Assembly: GCA_037135035.1 (NCBI GenBank)
Contig: JBAXLB010000002.1
Coordinates: forward strand, 71,680 to 135,679
DNA: 64,000 nt
Origin: Candidatus Adlerbacteria bacterium
GTDB lineage: Bacteria; Patescibacteriota; Minisyncoccia; Phycocordibacterales; SBAW01
Reading direction: 5' to 3'
Positions within the stretch are counted from its first letter, which is position 1. Each line of letters starts with the position of its first letter. A model generated the notes under the pieces. The model worked only from the letters and a program-made list of their open reading frames with translations. It was not told the DNA's origin and searched no databases. The position numbers were made by a program, and so were the translations under genes. Of the stretch, positions 32,764-42,046 are shown one piece after another.

Positions 32764-33837
32764 GTGTATAGAAAATATCTTTTTATTGCGGGGCTTTTGT
32801 TAGTGTTGTCGGCTGGCGGGGCTGCCGTGTCGGGCGACTTTTTTACGCATTATGAGCGCGTTGTTAAGCAAACCGCAGCCGCAGAGGCGGGCGTACTTGT
32901 TTCGCCACTTGAACTTACCGTTGCGCCGCCCGAATATTTTTCGCTTGTTATCGAACCCGCGGCAGGTGTGGCGCCGGTGCTCGCCCTTATACAAAACGCA
33001 CACAAGTCTGTCGACCTGGTGATGTACCAGCTCGACGACCAGAGCGTTGTTGATGCATTGGCCGGGGCAGTGGCGCGCGGCGTGTCGGTGCGGGTGCTCT
33101 TAAACGGCGGGTACTACACCAAAAAAGAAAAAGGTAATGACGCGGCCTACGCCGCACTGCAAAAAATGCACGTGCCTGTGAAATGGACGCCAACCTATTT
33201 TGCGCTGACGCACCAAAAAACTATTATCGTCGACGGCACCGAGGCTTTTATCATGACCTTTAACTTGGTGCAAAAATATTACGCCACCGGGCGCGACTTT
33301 GGTGTACACGACACCGACCCGGCCGACGTGCGCAGGGTAGCAGAGGCATTTAGTTCCGACTGGGAGGGGAACAGTGCCACGGCGGGGGAAGGCGACGACC
33401 TTGTCTGGAGCCCCGGCTCGGAAGACGAACTGCTCTACCTTATCAACTCTGCCGCCTCGTCTTTAAAGATTTATAACGAAGAAATGGCCGACGCCGACAT
33501 TACCGCGGCACTGGTTGCAGCTGCCTCGCGCGGGGTGCACGTACAGGTTGTGATGACCTACGCCACTAACTGGAAAAAAGCATTTATTGAATTGCAGGCT
33601 GCGGGAGTTGGTGTGCGCACATTTCCATCGACCAAAGGCAAATTGTACATACACGCAAAAATGGTCATGGTTGACGACAAAACTGCATTTGTCGGTTCAG
33701 AAAACTTTTCTGACAGCTCGATGAACAAAAATAGGGAATTGGGGTTAGTGCTGTCGGCGCCGGCTGTTGTTGCATCTTTACGTACTACATTTGCCGGCGA
33801 CTGGGCGGCTGCGCGACCATTTACAATGACAAAGTAG
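32764..33837 (+). CDS. Secreted/anchored phospholipase D superfamily protein
   Basis: Two HKD motifs: HQKTIIVD and HAKMVMVD..VGSENFS..NRELG. Confidence 0.9.
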   Translation: MYRKYLFIAGLLLVLSAGGAAVSGDFFTHYERVVKQTAAAEAGVLVSPLELTVAPPEYFSLVIEPAAGVAPVLALIQNAHKSVDLVMYQLDDQSVVDALAGAVARGVSVRVLLNGGYYTKKEKGNDAAYAALQKMHVPVKWTPTYFALTHQKTIIVDGTEAFIMTFNLVQKYYATGRDFGVHDTDPADVRRVAEAFSSDWEGNSATAGEGDDLVWSPGSEDELLYLINSAASSLKIYNEEMADADITAALVAAASRGVHVQVVMTYATNWKKAFIELQAAGVGVRTFPSTKGKLYIHAKMVMVDDKTAFVGSENFSDSSMNKNRELGLVLSAPAVVASLRTTFAGDWAAARPFTMTK

Positions 33838-33886
33838 AGGCGTTGTTTTGAGAGCCGGAATGCGGTATCGTGGGGGCGTAGCGTTC

Positions 33887-33959
33887 GGGCGATTAGCTCA
33901 GTTGGTAGAGCAACTTGTTTACACCAAGAAGGTCACAGGTTCGAGTCCTGTATCGCCCA
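33887..33959 (+). tRNA. tRNA-Val(TAC)
   Basis: GGGCGAT acceptor, anticodon loop TTTACAC, T-loop TTCGAGT. Confidence 0.94.
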
Positions 33960-33988
33960 CCTTATAGTGTTCAAAACGTGTTTGTGTC

Positions 33989-35323
33989 ATGACACATCGT
34001 AATTTACTTGCAGCAAAAGGCTGGGGCGGGGCAGAAGGCGATGGGAAAGAATCCCATCGTTCTGTCTCTGTACCTACGGGCGGCCACTGGCTGTGGAAGT
34101 TGCTCGCTTTTTCTGGCCCCGGCTACCTTGTGGCAGTGGGCTACATGGACCCAGGGAACTGGGCAACCGACCTGGTTGGAGGTTCGGCATTTGCATACAA
34201 ACTGCTGTCGGTTATTTTGCTTTCCAACTTAGCAGCGGTGCTCTTTCAGCACTTGTGTGCAAAGCTCGGTATTGCAACCGGGCGCGACTTGGCACAGTTG
34301 TGCCGCGACCATTTTCCTAAACCCGCCGTTATTTTTTTGTGGGTGATGGCGCAGGTGATGATCGTTGCGTGCGACTTGGCTGAAGTTATTGGTTCGGCTA
34401 TAGCATTGTTACTTTTGTTCCACATCCCACTTATGTGGGGAGTACTAATAACCGGTGCTGATGTGTTGTTGTTGCTCATGTTACAGAGGTTTGGTTTCCG
34501 TTGGCTCGAGGCAGTTGTCATAGTACTTATTGCGACTATTGGCGTGTGTTTTGCCATAGACGTTGCGTGGGCCCACCCGGCGTTTGCACAATTGTTTGCG
34601 GGTTTTATACCTTCACCAGACATTATATTTAACAAAGAGATGTTGTACGTGGCTATTGGTATCATTGGTGCAACCGTGATGCCACACAACTTGTACCTGC
34701 ACTCATCGCTCGTGCAGACGCGCAACTACCAAGAAACAGAAGAAGGAAAAAAGGAGGCGGTATTTTACACATCGCTCGACTCAACTATTGCGCTGTCGCT
34801 CGCATTTTTTGTAAATGCTGCAATTTTAATTGTTGCCGCGGCTGCGTTTAATGCCCACGGCCTCACAGAAGTTTCTGACCTACAAAGTGCCTACCAGCTG
34901 CTTGCCCCAGTGCTTGGGGGCACGCTTGCGGCTGTCTTGTTTGCACTGGCCCTACTTGCGTCGGGACAAAATTCGACAATCACCGGGACGCTCGCAGGAC
35001 AGATAATAATGGAAGGGTTCCTCGACCTGCGTCTGCCCGCGTGGCTTACGCGCATGCTGACCCGCGGCTTAGCACTTATACCGGCGCTCCTTGTTGTTGT
35101 GTGGTTTGGAGGCAACTCTCTTACGCAACTGCTTATCTTAAGCCAGGTCGTGTTAAGTGTGCAGTTGCCGTTTGCACTCTTTCCCCTTATTTACTTCACC
35201 TCACAAAAACGCATTATGGGTACGTTTGTAAACCCGCTGTGGGTGACACTACTTGCAAGCGTAGTTGCGGGTATTATTACAGTACTTAACTGTTGGCTCG
35301 TGTGGGCAGTTATAACCAGCTAA
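33989..35323 (+). CDS. mntH: Nramp divalent metal transporter
   Basis: YMDPGNW, GATVMPHNLYLHS, GTLAGQIIMEGF. Confidence 0.96.
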   Translation: MTHRNLLAAKGWGGAEGDGKESHRSVSVPTGGHWLWKLLAFSGPGYLVAVGYMDPGNWATDLVGGSAFAYKLLSVILLSNLAAVLFQHLCAKLGIATGRDLAQLCRDHFPKPAVIFLWVMAQVMIVACDLAEVIGSAIALLLLFHIPLMWGVLITGADVLLLLMLQRFGFRWLEAVVIVLIATIGVCFAIDVAWAHPAFAQLFAGFIPSPDIIFNKEMLYVAIGIIGATVMPHNLYLHSSLVQTRNYQETEEGKKEAVFYTSLDSTIALSLAFFVNAAILIVAAAAFNAHGLTEVSDLQSAYQLLAPVLGGTLAAVLFALALLASGQNSTITGTLAGQIIMEGFLDLRLPAWLTRMLTRGLALIPALLVVVWFGGNSLTQLLILSQVVLSVQLPFALFPLIYFTSQKRIMGTFVNPLWVTLLASVVAGIITVLNCWLVWAVITS

Positions 35324-35324
35324 C

Positions 35325-36020
35325 ATGACTATTAAAGAACCCTACATATTGTACGAAGATGCGGACATTATTGCCCTAGACAAACCGTCGGGGATTATTG
35401 TCTACCCGGACGGCAAGCACGACTACCCGGCGCTCGATGCGTGGCTTGAAAAAAAGTACGGCGTCGGCAATTTTCATTTTGTGCACCGGCTCGACCGCGA
35501 AACATCCGGTGTGTTGCTTGTTGCGCGCACGCAGGAGGCACATGCATTTTTGAAAGAGCAGTTTGCAGAACGAGAAGTGCGCAAGGTGTATCGCGCGTTT
35601 GTGCACGGAGTGATACAAGACGAACGGGGAGTGATAGACAAACCCATAGGTAATGCCCGCGGCGGCATGGGACCGCGCTCCACCAAACAAGCGCACGGCC
35701 AGATGCGCGAAGCACTCACAACATTTCGCGTCATAGCACGGACCACACTTGCCACCGAGGGCGACCGGGCCAGCTATGTTGAAGTCTTCCCCAAGACTGG
35801 CCGCACGCACCAAATTCGCGTCCACTTTTCGTCAATTCAGCACCCGGTATTGTCCGACCGCCTCTATGCGCCGGGCCGCCCGAAACTCTTTGGGTTCGAA
35901 AGGCTCGCGTTGCACGCTCTTTCTATAACTATTACGCATCCCTCGGGTAAAGAGATGACATTTACCGCGCCTCTGCCTCCAGAATTTGTAACGGCGGAGG
36001 CTCAATTGCGCAGCCAGTAG
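35325..36020 (+). CDS. RluA/RluD family pseudouridine synthase
   Basis: DKPSG, VHRLDRETSG, TGRTHQIRVH, LHA. Confidence 0.93.
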   Translation: MTIKEPYILYEDADIIALDKPSGIIVYPDGKHDYPALDAWLEKKYGVGNFHFVHRLDRETSGVLLVARTQEAHAFLKEQFAEREVRKVYRAFVHGVIQDERGVIDKPIGNARGGMGPRSTKQAHGQMREALTTFRVIARTTLATEGDRASYVEVFPKTGRTHQIRVHFSSIQHPVLSDRLYAPGRPKLFGFERLALHALSITITHPSGKEMTFTAPLPPEFVTAEAQLRSQ

Positions 36021-36043
36021 CAATGTGGTACAGTCCTCTCATC

Positions 36044-36526
36044 ATGCAAACCGCAGTTAAAACAAGCCCTGTTAATAAAGAAGCGCGCGCGGCGCTTGGT
36101 ATCCGCTCGGGCGACACCGTCCGCGTGTGGCAGAACATTGTCGAGCTTAAAAAAGGCAAGGCTGCTAACAAAAAAGAAATAACTACTAAAAACCTCCGCC
36201 GCCAGGCGTTTGAAGGTTTGGTGCTTGCGGTTAAACACGGTGCCGAGTCGGGTGCTATGTTTACGGTCCGCAAAGTATCTTCAGGTGTTGGAGTGGAAAA
36301 AATCTTCCCACTTTACTCGCCGATGATCGACGAAGTCGAAGTGCTCCGCCGTGCACGTACCCGCCGCGCAAAACTGTACTTTATTCGCCGCAAAGCAGCG
36401 TCTGAAGTTAAGCGTGCAATGCGTAAGTCTATCCGCATCGACGCCCCGGTTAAGGCGTCAGTCGACGAAGTTGCTCCCGAAGAACCTATTGTCGAGACTC
36501 CTGCAGACGAAACAGCTGCAGAGTAA
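36044..36526 (+). CDS. rplS: 50S ribosomal protein L19
   Basis: GDTVRV, QAFEG, FTVRKVSSGVGVEKIFPLYSP, RRAKLYF. Confidence 0.96.
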   Translation: MQTAVKTSPVNKEARAALGIRSGDTVRVWQNIVELKKGKAANKKEITTKNLRRQAFEGLVLAVKHGAESGAMFTVRKVSSGVGVEKIFPLYSPMIDEVEVLRRARTRRAKLYFIRRKAASEVKRAMRKSIRIDAPVKASVDEVAPEEPIVETPADETAAE

Positions 36527-36542
36527 TATAAACAAAAAAAGA

Positions 36543-36575
36543 AAACCCGCCCCGGAAATTCCAGGGCGGTTTTTT
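36543..36575 (+). terminator. Intrinsic terminator
   Basis: CCGCCC-GGAAATTCCA-GGGCGG-TTTTTT. Confidence 0.75.
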
Positions 36576-36628
36576 AATTGTAAACAATTAGTAGACGCTA
36601 TATACTTGAGGACTAGTATACTGGAGGG

Positions 36629-37288
36629 ATGGGGAAGCGGGGCCCAAAACCAAAAAAAATAGTTTCTGAAGTCTGGACTCCAGAGTTAGCCTACGCCGTT
36701 GGTCTGTTAGCTACAGATGGAGGCCTCTCTCCGCCGGGCCATCTGATCGACCTCACTTCAAAGGATGTGCAGCAGCTCGAAAATTATCGTAATTGTTTAA
36801 ATATTTCTACCCCGATAACTAAAAAACTTTCGGGAATAGGAAAGGAATTTCTTCGAGTTCAGTTCAAAAATGTCTATTTTTATAACTTTCTTCTTTCTGT
36901 TGGTCTTACGCCAGCAAAGTCAAAGACTCTTGGTCCACTGAAAATTCCAAACAAATTCTTTTTTGATTTTTTGAGAGGGGTCTTTGACGGTGATGGTTGT
37001 ACATATTCTTATTTTGACCCACGTTGGCATTCGAGTTTTATGATCTATTCCTGTGTTGCGTCTTCAAGTTCTGCTTTTGTTGCATGGTTGCAGGAAACTC
37101 TTGCAAAGAAACTTGCCATCAAAGGTCATATTACGGTTACACAAAAGAAACATTACCAACTTCGGTATGCAAAGACAGAGTCAATAAAGTTACTAAAGAA
37201 AATGTATAGTCAGCCTGGATGTATTTGTCTTAGACGTAAACGGTTGAAAATAGAGAAGATGCTTAGTATAGTGGGCGAACACCTGTAA
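36629..37288 (+). CDS. Free-standing double-motif LAGLIDADG endonuclease-like protein
   Basis: LAYAVGLLATDG and FLRGVFDGDG motifs, TPAKS, C-terminal LRRK. AT-rich. Stop lies 1 nt before tRNA-Leu. Confidence 0.85.
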   Translation: MGKRGPKPKKIVSEVWTPELAYAVGLLATDGGLSPPGHLIDLTSKDVQQLENYRNCLNISTPITKKLSGIGKEFLRVQFKNVYFYNFLLSVGLTPAKSKTLGPLKIPNKFFFDFLRGVFDGDGCTYSYFDPRWHSSFMIYSCVASSSSAFVAWLQETLAKKLAIKGHITVTQKKHYQLRYAKTESIKLLKKMYSQPGCICLRRKRLKIEKMLSIVGEHL

Positions 37289-37289
37289 T

Positions 37290-37371
37290 GCCCAGGTGGC
37301 GTAATTGGTAAACGCGCTACCTTGAGGTGGTAGTGCCGCAAGGCGTGGAGGTTCAAGTCCTCTCCTGGGCA
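37290..37371 (+). tRNA. tRNA-Leu(GAG)
   Basis: GCCCAGG acceptor, anticodon arm CTACC-TTGAGGT-GGTAG, variable arm GCC GCAA GGC. Confidence 0.95.
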
Positions 37372-37380
37372 CAACATAAT

Positions 37381-37420
37381 GCGGATCGCGAGATTTTCTA
37401 GCAAGAAAATACCTGTGACC
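37381..37420 (+). repeat. Structured repeat copy C (truncated, downstream of tRNA-Leu)
   Basis: GCGGATCGCGAGATTTTCT AGCA AGAAAATACCTGTGACC. Confidence 0.75.
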
Positions 37421-37534
37421 AAAGTATCTATGGTTAAGAAAATCCCTGAAAGGGGATTTTCTTGTACCTAACATTGTATTTTTAACTTGGTTTGGTATGT
37501 TGGCCAGTGGCCACAGTCCTTACAGGAGGAGCTC

Positions 37535-37891
37535 ATGTTGTACGAAGTGTCGCCTACACAAGTCCGGGGGTGGGAACACCCTCTTAGCCAAGAGGTGATG
37601 AATATCGCCAAGTCCGGTTCGGACGTTCAAGTTCTGGCTATTCTCGACGAGGTCATCTTCAAGAGCGATTTGTGGACGCCTTTCATTCCGTTGCCGTGTA
37701 CGGCCGATTCTGCCGCGGGCACAACATTGGCGGCAGCTCTTGTTCAGATCAAGAGCACCTACCCAAAAAGTTCGCTCGCTCAAGGCTTCTTCCTGAAGTT
37801 CTGGCGGCCGGAAGCCGATGCAATGGACGCAGCTTTTGTTCGTGGTGTGCGCAGTTCTTACCCGCTGTACCGCGAACTGACGCCGGCATAG
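37535..37891 (+). CDS. Orphan hypothetical protein
   Basis: AGGAGG SD before ATG; downstream hairpin GGCCCGG..CCGGGCC-TTTT. Confidence 0.65.
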   Translation: MLYEVSPTQVRGWEHPLSQEVMNIAKSGSDVQVLAILDEVIFKSDLWTPFIPLPCTADSAAGTTLAAALVQIKSTYPKSSLAQGFFLKFWRPEADAMDAAFVRGVRSSYPLYRELTPA

Positions 37892-37953
37892 CATGGTCTC
37901 TTGGCCCGGTGAAATATCCGGGCCTTTTCTTTTTATCTAGTATAGTTGTGGGT

Positions 37954-38940
37954 ATGTTAAAACTTTTTATTGGGCCAGTACTGGTGTCGGTTGTCGCGTT
38001 CGTTGCAACGTATGTGTGGGGCGGAATGGAGGCCTTGGCACTGGTACTTTTTTTGACCGTACTCGAAGTGTCGCTGTCGTTCGACAACGCGGTCGTTAAT
38101 GCTCGTGTGCTTATGCGCATGGACGAAAAATGGCGCAAGCGTTTTTTAACGTGGGGTATGCTTATCGCGGTTGTGGGAACTCGACTTGTATTCCCCGTGT
38201 TGCTTGTGTCGCTTGCAGCCGCTATTTCGCCTGGAGTGCTGCTGATGCTGCTGTTTAGCAACCCGGCAGAGTATGCGCGCTTGGTGGAAGATGCTGCGCC
38301 GGTTATACATGCGCTTGGCGGAGCATTTTTGGCGATGGTAGCGCTCAAATATTTTTTTGACGAAGCAAAGCGGGTGCACTGGATAAGTTTCGTAGAACAG
38401 CGGCTTGTGTCGTGGGGGAAAGTCCAGGCAATCGAAGTTGCGGTTGCTCTGTCTTTGCTGTTGTTGTGTGCGTGGCTTGCACCCGTGCATGCGGCTGTGA
38501 TACTTGGCGCGGGCGCTGTTGGAATTGTCTTGTTCGTATTGATGGAAGGCGTGGTCGACATGCTTGGCACCTCGGGCGCACAGGTTGCAAAACAGGGGTT
38601 TGGATTGTTTATGTACTTAAACGTGTTAGACGCAGCGTTTTCGTTCGACGGCGTAGTTGGTGCATTTACACTAACCTCGGAGTTGCTGATTATTGTCGTG
38701 GGGCTTGGCATCGGTGCGTACTTTGTCCGTTCATTTACCGTGTTGTTGGTAGAAAAAAAGACGCTTGCAACGCTGGTGTACTTGGAACACGGTGCCTACT
38801 GGGCGATAGGGGCGTTGTCGCTATGCATGTTTATAGGTTTGTTTAAGCCGGTACCTGACGCGGTTGCAGGGTCTATTAGTTTGTTGTTTATAGGCGCCGC
38901 GTACCTGTCGTCTTTGCGTGAGCGCCGGAGACAGGTGTAA
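37954..38940 (+). CDS. DUF475/TerC-like membrane protein
   Basis: LEVSLSFDNAVVNA, YLNVLDAAFSFDGVVGAF, YLEHGAYWAI. Confidence 0.88.
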   Translation: MLKLFIGPVLVSVVAFVATYVWGGMEALALVLFLTVLEVSLSFDNAVVNARVLMRMDEKWRKRFLTWGMLIAVVGTRLVFPVLLVSLAAAISPGVLLMLLFSNPAEYARLVEDAAPVIHALGGAFLAMVALKYFFDEAKRVHWISFVEQRLVSWGKVQAIEVAVALSLLLLCAWLAPVHAAVILGAGAVGIVLFVLMEGVVDMLGTSGAQVAKQGFGLFMYLNVLDAAFSFDGVVGAFTLTSELLIIVVGLGIGAYFVRSFTVLLVEKKTLATLVYLEHGAYWAIGALSLCMFIGLFKPVPDAVAGSISLLFIGAAYLSSLRERRRQV

Positions 38941-38997
38941 TTACTGGCTCTTAGTGCCGCAGTTTGCTATATATAGGGGACAGCAGGTGCGAAATAT

Positions 38998-39070
38998 GGT
39001 GCTTATGGTGTAACGGTTAACACTCGAGTTTGTGGAACTCGCAATCTGGGTTCGATTCCCAGTAGGCACC
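38998..39070 (+). tRNA. tRNA-His(GTG)
   Basis: G-1, GTGCTTA/TAGGCAC acceptor, C73, anticodon arm CGAGT-TTGTGGA-ACTCG. Confidence 0.94.
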
Positions 39071-39128
39071 CACGGTGACAAAATACCTCGGCCATTTGGT
39101 CGGGGTATTTTGCAACGCGAGCGTTTGC

Positions 39129-39251
39129 CTGGGAATCGAACTGGACCCGAGCCCGCGAAGCGAATAGGCGAGGGCCAGAGGCTTTTTGAGGAGGAGGCGA
39201 CTATGTCGCTTTGTGACAGGAGCCGACGGGCAAAAAGGATTCCCAGTAGGC
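39129..39251 (+). repeat. Structured element flanked by inverted and direct copies of the tRNA-His 3' end
   Basis: CTGGGAATCGAAC (reverse complement of 39050-39062) ... GATTCCCAGTAGGC (identical to 39054-39067). Confidence 0.8.
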
Positions 39252-39301
39252 CTTTCTACTTTTCTCTATTCAGTGCTAGATTAGAATTGTCTTAATTTTC
39301 T

Positions 39302-39775
39302 ATGTCCAAAAAGCCGAAACAAAAATTGCAGGAGTTTGCATTAGTGGTGACCCGTTTTGTGGGTTCGCTCGCGTCTATTGTTGTGCACTCTATTTTATTT
39401 GCCGCAAGCTTTGCTGCGGTGTGGAGCGGGCTAATTACCTTTGACCGGATGCTTTTGGTGCTGACAACAATTGTGTCACTCGAAGCTATCTACCTTTCTA
39501 TTTTTATCCAGATGTCTATTAACTACCAAGCAGCTTCTCTGGAAGAAGTTGAGCATGACATCGACGAGATCCAGGAAGACATCGACGAAATTCAAGAAGA
39601 CGTGGACGAGATCCAGGAGGACGTTGATGAGATTCAGGAAGATGTCGAAGAGATGACCGAAGACGAAAAGGAAGAAGAGGAGTTGCACGCAGGCCAGAAA
39701 AAAACATTGGAAGAAATCCAGGTGGGTTTGAAAAAGCTTATCACCGACATCGAACACTTACAAAATAAACAGTAA
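39302..39775 (+). CDS. DUF1003-like membrane protein with acidic heptad repeats
   Basis: LLVLTTIVSLEAIYLSIFIQMS followed by (D[IV]DEIQE)x4. Confidence 0.85.
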   Translation: MSKKPKQKLQEFALVVTRFVGSLASIVVHSILFAASFAAVWSGLITFDRMLLVLTTIVSLEAIYLSIFIQMSINYQAASLEEVEHDIDEIQEDIDEIQEDVDEIQEDVDEIQEDVEEMTEDEKEEEELHAGQKKTLEEIQVGLKKLITDIEHLQNKQ

Positions 39776-39780
39776 CCACT

Positions 39781-40152
39781 ATGATCAAAGGATTTAGAGA
39801 CTTTATATTGCGCGGCAACGTTGTCGACCTGGCGGTCGGCGTTATGGTTGGTTCGGCGTTTAGTGCCGTGGTCAACTCGCTTGTTAAAGACCTAATGACC
39901 CCGTTTATCGCAGCAGTTGTGCACGAGCCAGATTTTTCTAAAATGATATTTACTATCCGCGGCAGCGAATTTCTCTACGGTGACTTTATCAACGCACTTA
40001 TCTCGTTTTTGATTATTGCAACGACGATTTATTTTTTTGTGGTGTTGCCGGTCAACAAACTGGTCGCACGCTTCCAGGGTACGCCTGAAGTGCAGAAGAA
40101 AAATGCAGAGGTTGTGTTGCTCGAAGAGATCCGCGACTTACTGAAAAAGTAG
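39781..40152 (+). CDS. mscL: Large-conductance mechanosensitive channel
   Basis: FRDFILRGNVVDLAVG, YGDFINA, LLEEIRDLL. Confidence 0.96.
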   Translation: MIKGFRDFILRGNVVDLAVGVMVGSAFSAVVNSLVKDLMTPFIAAVVHEPDFSKMIFTIRGSEFLYGDFINALISFLIIATTIYFFVVLPVNKLVARFQGTPEVQKKNAEVVLLEEIRDLLKK

Positions 40153-40178
40153 GGCAGGGCAGTGATATACTGGGCTCT

Positions 40179-40865
40179 ATGTCTGAACATACAAAAATGG
40201 AGATATCTCCGTCGGTCGCGATACTTGTGGCTGGCGTTATTATTGCGGGCGCTATCCTTTTTACAAATAACCGTGCGCCAGCCGCCGCAGGTGTGGCTGC
40301 AGGTACAACAGCGCCTACTACTGTCGACGTGCGTCCGCCCACAGCAGGGGACCATATTGTGGGCTCGCCTACAGCACCCATTGTCTTGATAGAATATTCG
40401 GACTTCCAATGCCCGTTTTGTTCGGTTATCTACCCAACATTGAAAAAAATTGTAACAGAGTCGAACGGCCAAATTGCTTGGGTGTATCGCGAATTCCCAC
40501 TAACGAGTATTCACCCACAAGCAGCACCCGCCGCAAATGCAGCAGAATGTATTGCGGCCCAGCTTGGGAACGCCGGTTTTTGGAAATACACAGACGCAGT
40601 GTTTGCAAACCAACAAGCACTCACTCCCGAATATTCGGCAGGGCTTGCTAAGCAATTTGGTGCCGACCCAGCAAAATATGCCGCGTGTGTTGCGGCGTCA
40701 ACATACCAAAAAGTAATTGACGCAGACACGGCCGAGGCCGAAAGTTTGGGAGGGAACGGCACGCCGTTTACCGTTGTGTTAAATACTAAAACACACAAAG
40801 CACTCCCTGCGTCGGGTGCGCTACCGTACGCGCAGATTATGTCGGTAATAAAGAACGTGCAGTAG
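40179..40865 (+). CDS. DsbA-like thioredoxin-fold protein
   Basis: TM anchor, EYSDFQCPFC, GTP, GALPY. Confidence 0.92.
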   Translation: MSEHTKMEISPSVAILVAGVIIAGAILFTNNRAPAAAGVAAGTTAPTTVDVRPPTAGDHIVGSPTAPIVLIEYSDFQCPFCSVIYPTLKKIVTESNGQIAWVYREFPLTSIHPQAAPAANAAECIAAQLGNAGFWKYTDAVFANQQALTPEYSAGLAKQFGADPAKYAACVAASTYQKVIDADTAEAESLGGNGTPFTVVLNTKTHKALPASGALPYAQIMSVIKNVQ

Positions 40866-40917
40866 CGTCATCACAGCCGATGAAGTTTGCATTAATTATC
40901 TAATTAGTTTTTTTAGT

Positions 40918-41720
40918 ATGGAACTATTTGAAGGTCAAACAGGGCACAGGTTACAACAAGCAGTATGGGTCTCTGTCATATTGCTCGGTGTTTTCTTGGC
41001 AGTGCAAGTTCTTGCGGGTGTTATGGGCTTGCGCTACATCGGTGCGGGTGTCGCTGCGGCAAACACAATTACTGTTTCTGGTCATGGTGAAAATGTCGGC
41101 GTGCCAGACATTGCAACGTTTACTTTTTCGGTAGTGTCCGACAAGCCAACTGTTGATGCTGCACAAACAGATGCAACTACAAAAGCAAATACAACAACTG
41201 CGTACTTGAAGGGCGAAGGGGTGGCAGAAAAAGATATCCAGACATCGGACTACTCGGTACAGCCGCAGTATGACTATGTAAACCAGGCATGTACTGCAAA
41301 CGGCTACTGCCCGGGCGGCAAGCAGGTGTTGCGTGGTTACGAAGTACGCCAGACAACAACAGTAAAAGTCCGCGACACAGCAAAAGCGGGCGCATTGCTT
41401 GCGGGTGTGGGCGGGAAGGGCGCAACAGAGGTAGCGGTTTAAATTTTACGTTTGACGACCCGACTGCGGTGCAGACTGGTGCACGCGACAAAGCAATTGT
41501 TGATGCAAAGCAAAAAGCCGAAGTGTTGGCAAAGCAGCTCGGAGTGTCGCTCGTACGTGTGACTGCATTTAGCGAAAGCAGCGGAGGCAGCTACCCACGG
41601 CCAATGATGTACAGCATGGCAGGCAACCAAGCCATGGATGCTAAGGCAGTAGCGCCAGAAATTTCTGTCGGACAAAACAACGTCACCGACGACGTCTCTG
41701 TCACCTACGAAATCCGGTAA
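40918..41720 (+). pseudogene. SIMPL (DUF541) protein split by a 1-nt frameshift near 41432 (or a sequencing error)
   Basis: The N-half (TITVSGHG..PDIA..) and C-half (SGLNFTFDD..ARDKAIVDAKQKA..VSVTYEIR) are in different frames. GAG GTA GCG GTT TAA would read EVSGLN with one extra base. Confidence 0.8.
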
Positions 41721-41772
41721 TCAAACTGCATCTTGTTCAAAAAAGCCCCCTATTGTGGGGCTTTTTTGTTGC

Positions 41773-41801
41773 TTGACGCAAAGCCCAAATGGCAGTATTA
41801 T
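41773..41801 (+). promoter_or_regulatory. Promoter of secE-nusG-rplK
   Basis: TTGACG-17-TATTAT, following the terminator at ~41739-41767. Confidence 0.7.
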
Positions 41802-41852
41802 AGAATGCATATAAGGGCCCGAGAGGGCTTTTAAAAATGCCAAAAAATCTAT

Positions 41853-42023
41853 ATGTTTAACTACTTTAAAGACGTTCGTGCAGAAATGAAGCATGTGTCG
41901 TGGCCAACACGCCGCCAGGCTATTACGTATACCGTTGTGGTTATCGCTATTTCTATTCTCACGGCACTCTACCTCGGTGCATGGGACTATGTGTTTTCGC
42001 TCATCATCAAAAAAGTAATCTAA
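41853..42023 (+). CDS. secE: Preprotein translocase SecE (missing from ORF track)
   Basis: MFNYFKDVRAEMKHVSWPTRRQAITYTVVVI...D, 56 aa, directly upstream of nusG. Confidence 0.95.
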   Translation: MFNYFKDVRAEMKHVSWPTRRQAITYTVVVIAISILTALYLGAWDYVFSLIIKKVI

Positions 42024-42046
42024 TTACTCGTTCACTTCACACACCT

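Noticed and set aside
41900-42046. N-terminal extension of NusG
   Set aside because: It is an out-of-frame overlap with secE; the true start is 42047.
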